A stretch of 64,000 nt of DNA. Origin: Lama guanicoe. Lineage: Eukaryota. Where the stretch lies: contig MU054391.1 of the NCBI GenBank assembly GCA_013239625.1, positions 2,261,130-2,325,129 on the forward strand, written 5' to 3'. This document shows, piece by piece, positions 63,001-64,000 of this stretch. Position 1 is the stretch's first letter. Every line of letters starts with the position of its first letter. The notes under the pieces were generated by a model. It had not been told where the DNA came from, searched no databases, and saw nothing but the letters and a program-made list of their open reading frames with translations. Both the position numbers and the translations under genes were made by a program.

Positions 63001-64000
63001 GAAACCGTTTTATAGCTTCGATAAGGCTTGTTCCTTTGATCAAAACTGTTCTGACTTGGGGAATGATAGAGACAGGCCAATGACAGATATGAATTCTTGA
63101 GAATGAGGAGGGGAGAGAGTGGGGAGAAAGGAATAATGTGCCACGCAAACTTGGGAAAGCTGAGCAGAGTTTGTACACGCACATTGCTTAGTTGATTGTA
63201 AAAGTCAGTTAGGCAGCATACCTGTGCAGAAGTTGAATAAAAACAATAACGAAATGAAGGTGGAATTAGGTATGAGTAACCTGAGCAGCCAGGGTAAGTC
63301 CTGCAGAGAAACACGGAGCACAGCATTTTGTACCAGATTGAGTACAAGTTCCCCAGCAGCCACAGCAAAGATAAAACGTGACAATTACACTAATTAACTC
63401 TCCGAACGATCGGAGCAAACAAGCCACTCAGAAGTGCAGTTCTTTTTGAACCTGATCTCTTGAAGAGTTTTTCTAATCAGCACTTTGAAGGAATATTTGT
63501 AGTGTCGGTGACAACACCCAACAGCTTAGCAGAAATAAATGTGATAAAGGGTTTCATACAGTCAGAAATATCTATCGACTCTGCACTCAGACTCAGATCT
63601 GGCAACAGAAATACAGTGTGTGATGCTCAGTCTTGCTGGGCCGTCCAGGTTTATGGCTCCACCTTAGACAAAAGCAACAGTCCTTGAAGTTGGGAAGCGG
63701 TGGTGGTGGAGGTGAGCGGGTTACTGCTCAATTACGAGAGCGGAAAAATGCTGGGTGTCAGACAGGCTGGTAGGGACATGCTCTAAAACAGCAAAGGACT
63801 CAGCTTTCATCTCCTGTGGGTTTGAAAACAACTTTAGTTCACGTGTGTGGAGAGGGTGTCACTAACTCTTACAAAATACTTTAATCAGAGACTGCAATTT
63901 TCAGACAAATCTTTAAGTCTTGAGCAGAAGAAATACATCTGGGGATAAATCGTGGCGGCCAGGGTTTTAGAGCTAGGACTGAGCTCTTATTAAGAGCTCA

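Noticed and set aside
62769..63368. 199-aa minus-strand ORF
   Set aside because: No recognisable family or convincing exon boundaries; I cannot fully exclude an exon without a BLASTX search.
1..64000. CRISPR arrays, operons, tRNA/rRNA genes, prokaryotic defence systems
   Set aside because: The sequence is mammalian; no repeat-spacer array, gene-dense block or structural RNA gene was seen.

Overview
This is mammalian non-coding genomic DNA, not prokaryotic, and is most likely camelid (Camelus/Vicugna/Lama), judged from a Vic-1-type SINE 3' end and camelid-style L1 3' termini. I cannot support any intact protein-coding gene. The only recognisable proteins are degenerate LINE-1 ORF2 fragments and a 5'-truncated processed pseudogene of PHB2 (53.3-53.8 kb). 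The first ~37 kb and last ~6.5 kb are repeat-moderate, with a strong CpG island at 9.6-10.2 kb (probable promoter; possible non-coding exons on both strands), smaller CpG-rich patches, MLT1/MLT2 LTRs, MIR/L2 and MER20. The 37.5-57.5 kb block is dense in old L1s carrying nested younger insertions. The most notable structure is an L1 insertion with both a 5' twin-priming inversion and an apparent 3' transduction inside one target-site duplication (40.4-41.25 kb). Also notable are a five-element nested insertion stack and local AT-to-GC-shifted patches in old repeats. I found no convincing previously undescribed biological system. Repeat family names come from recalled consensus sequences, not from a search.
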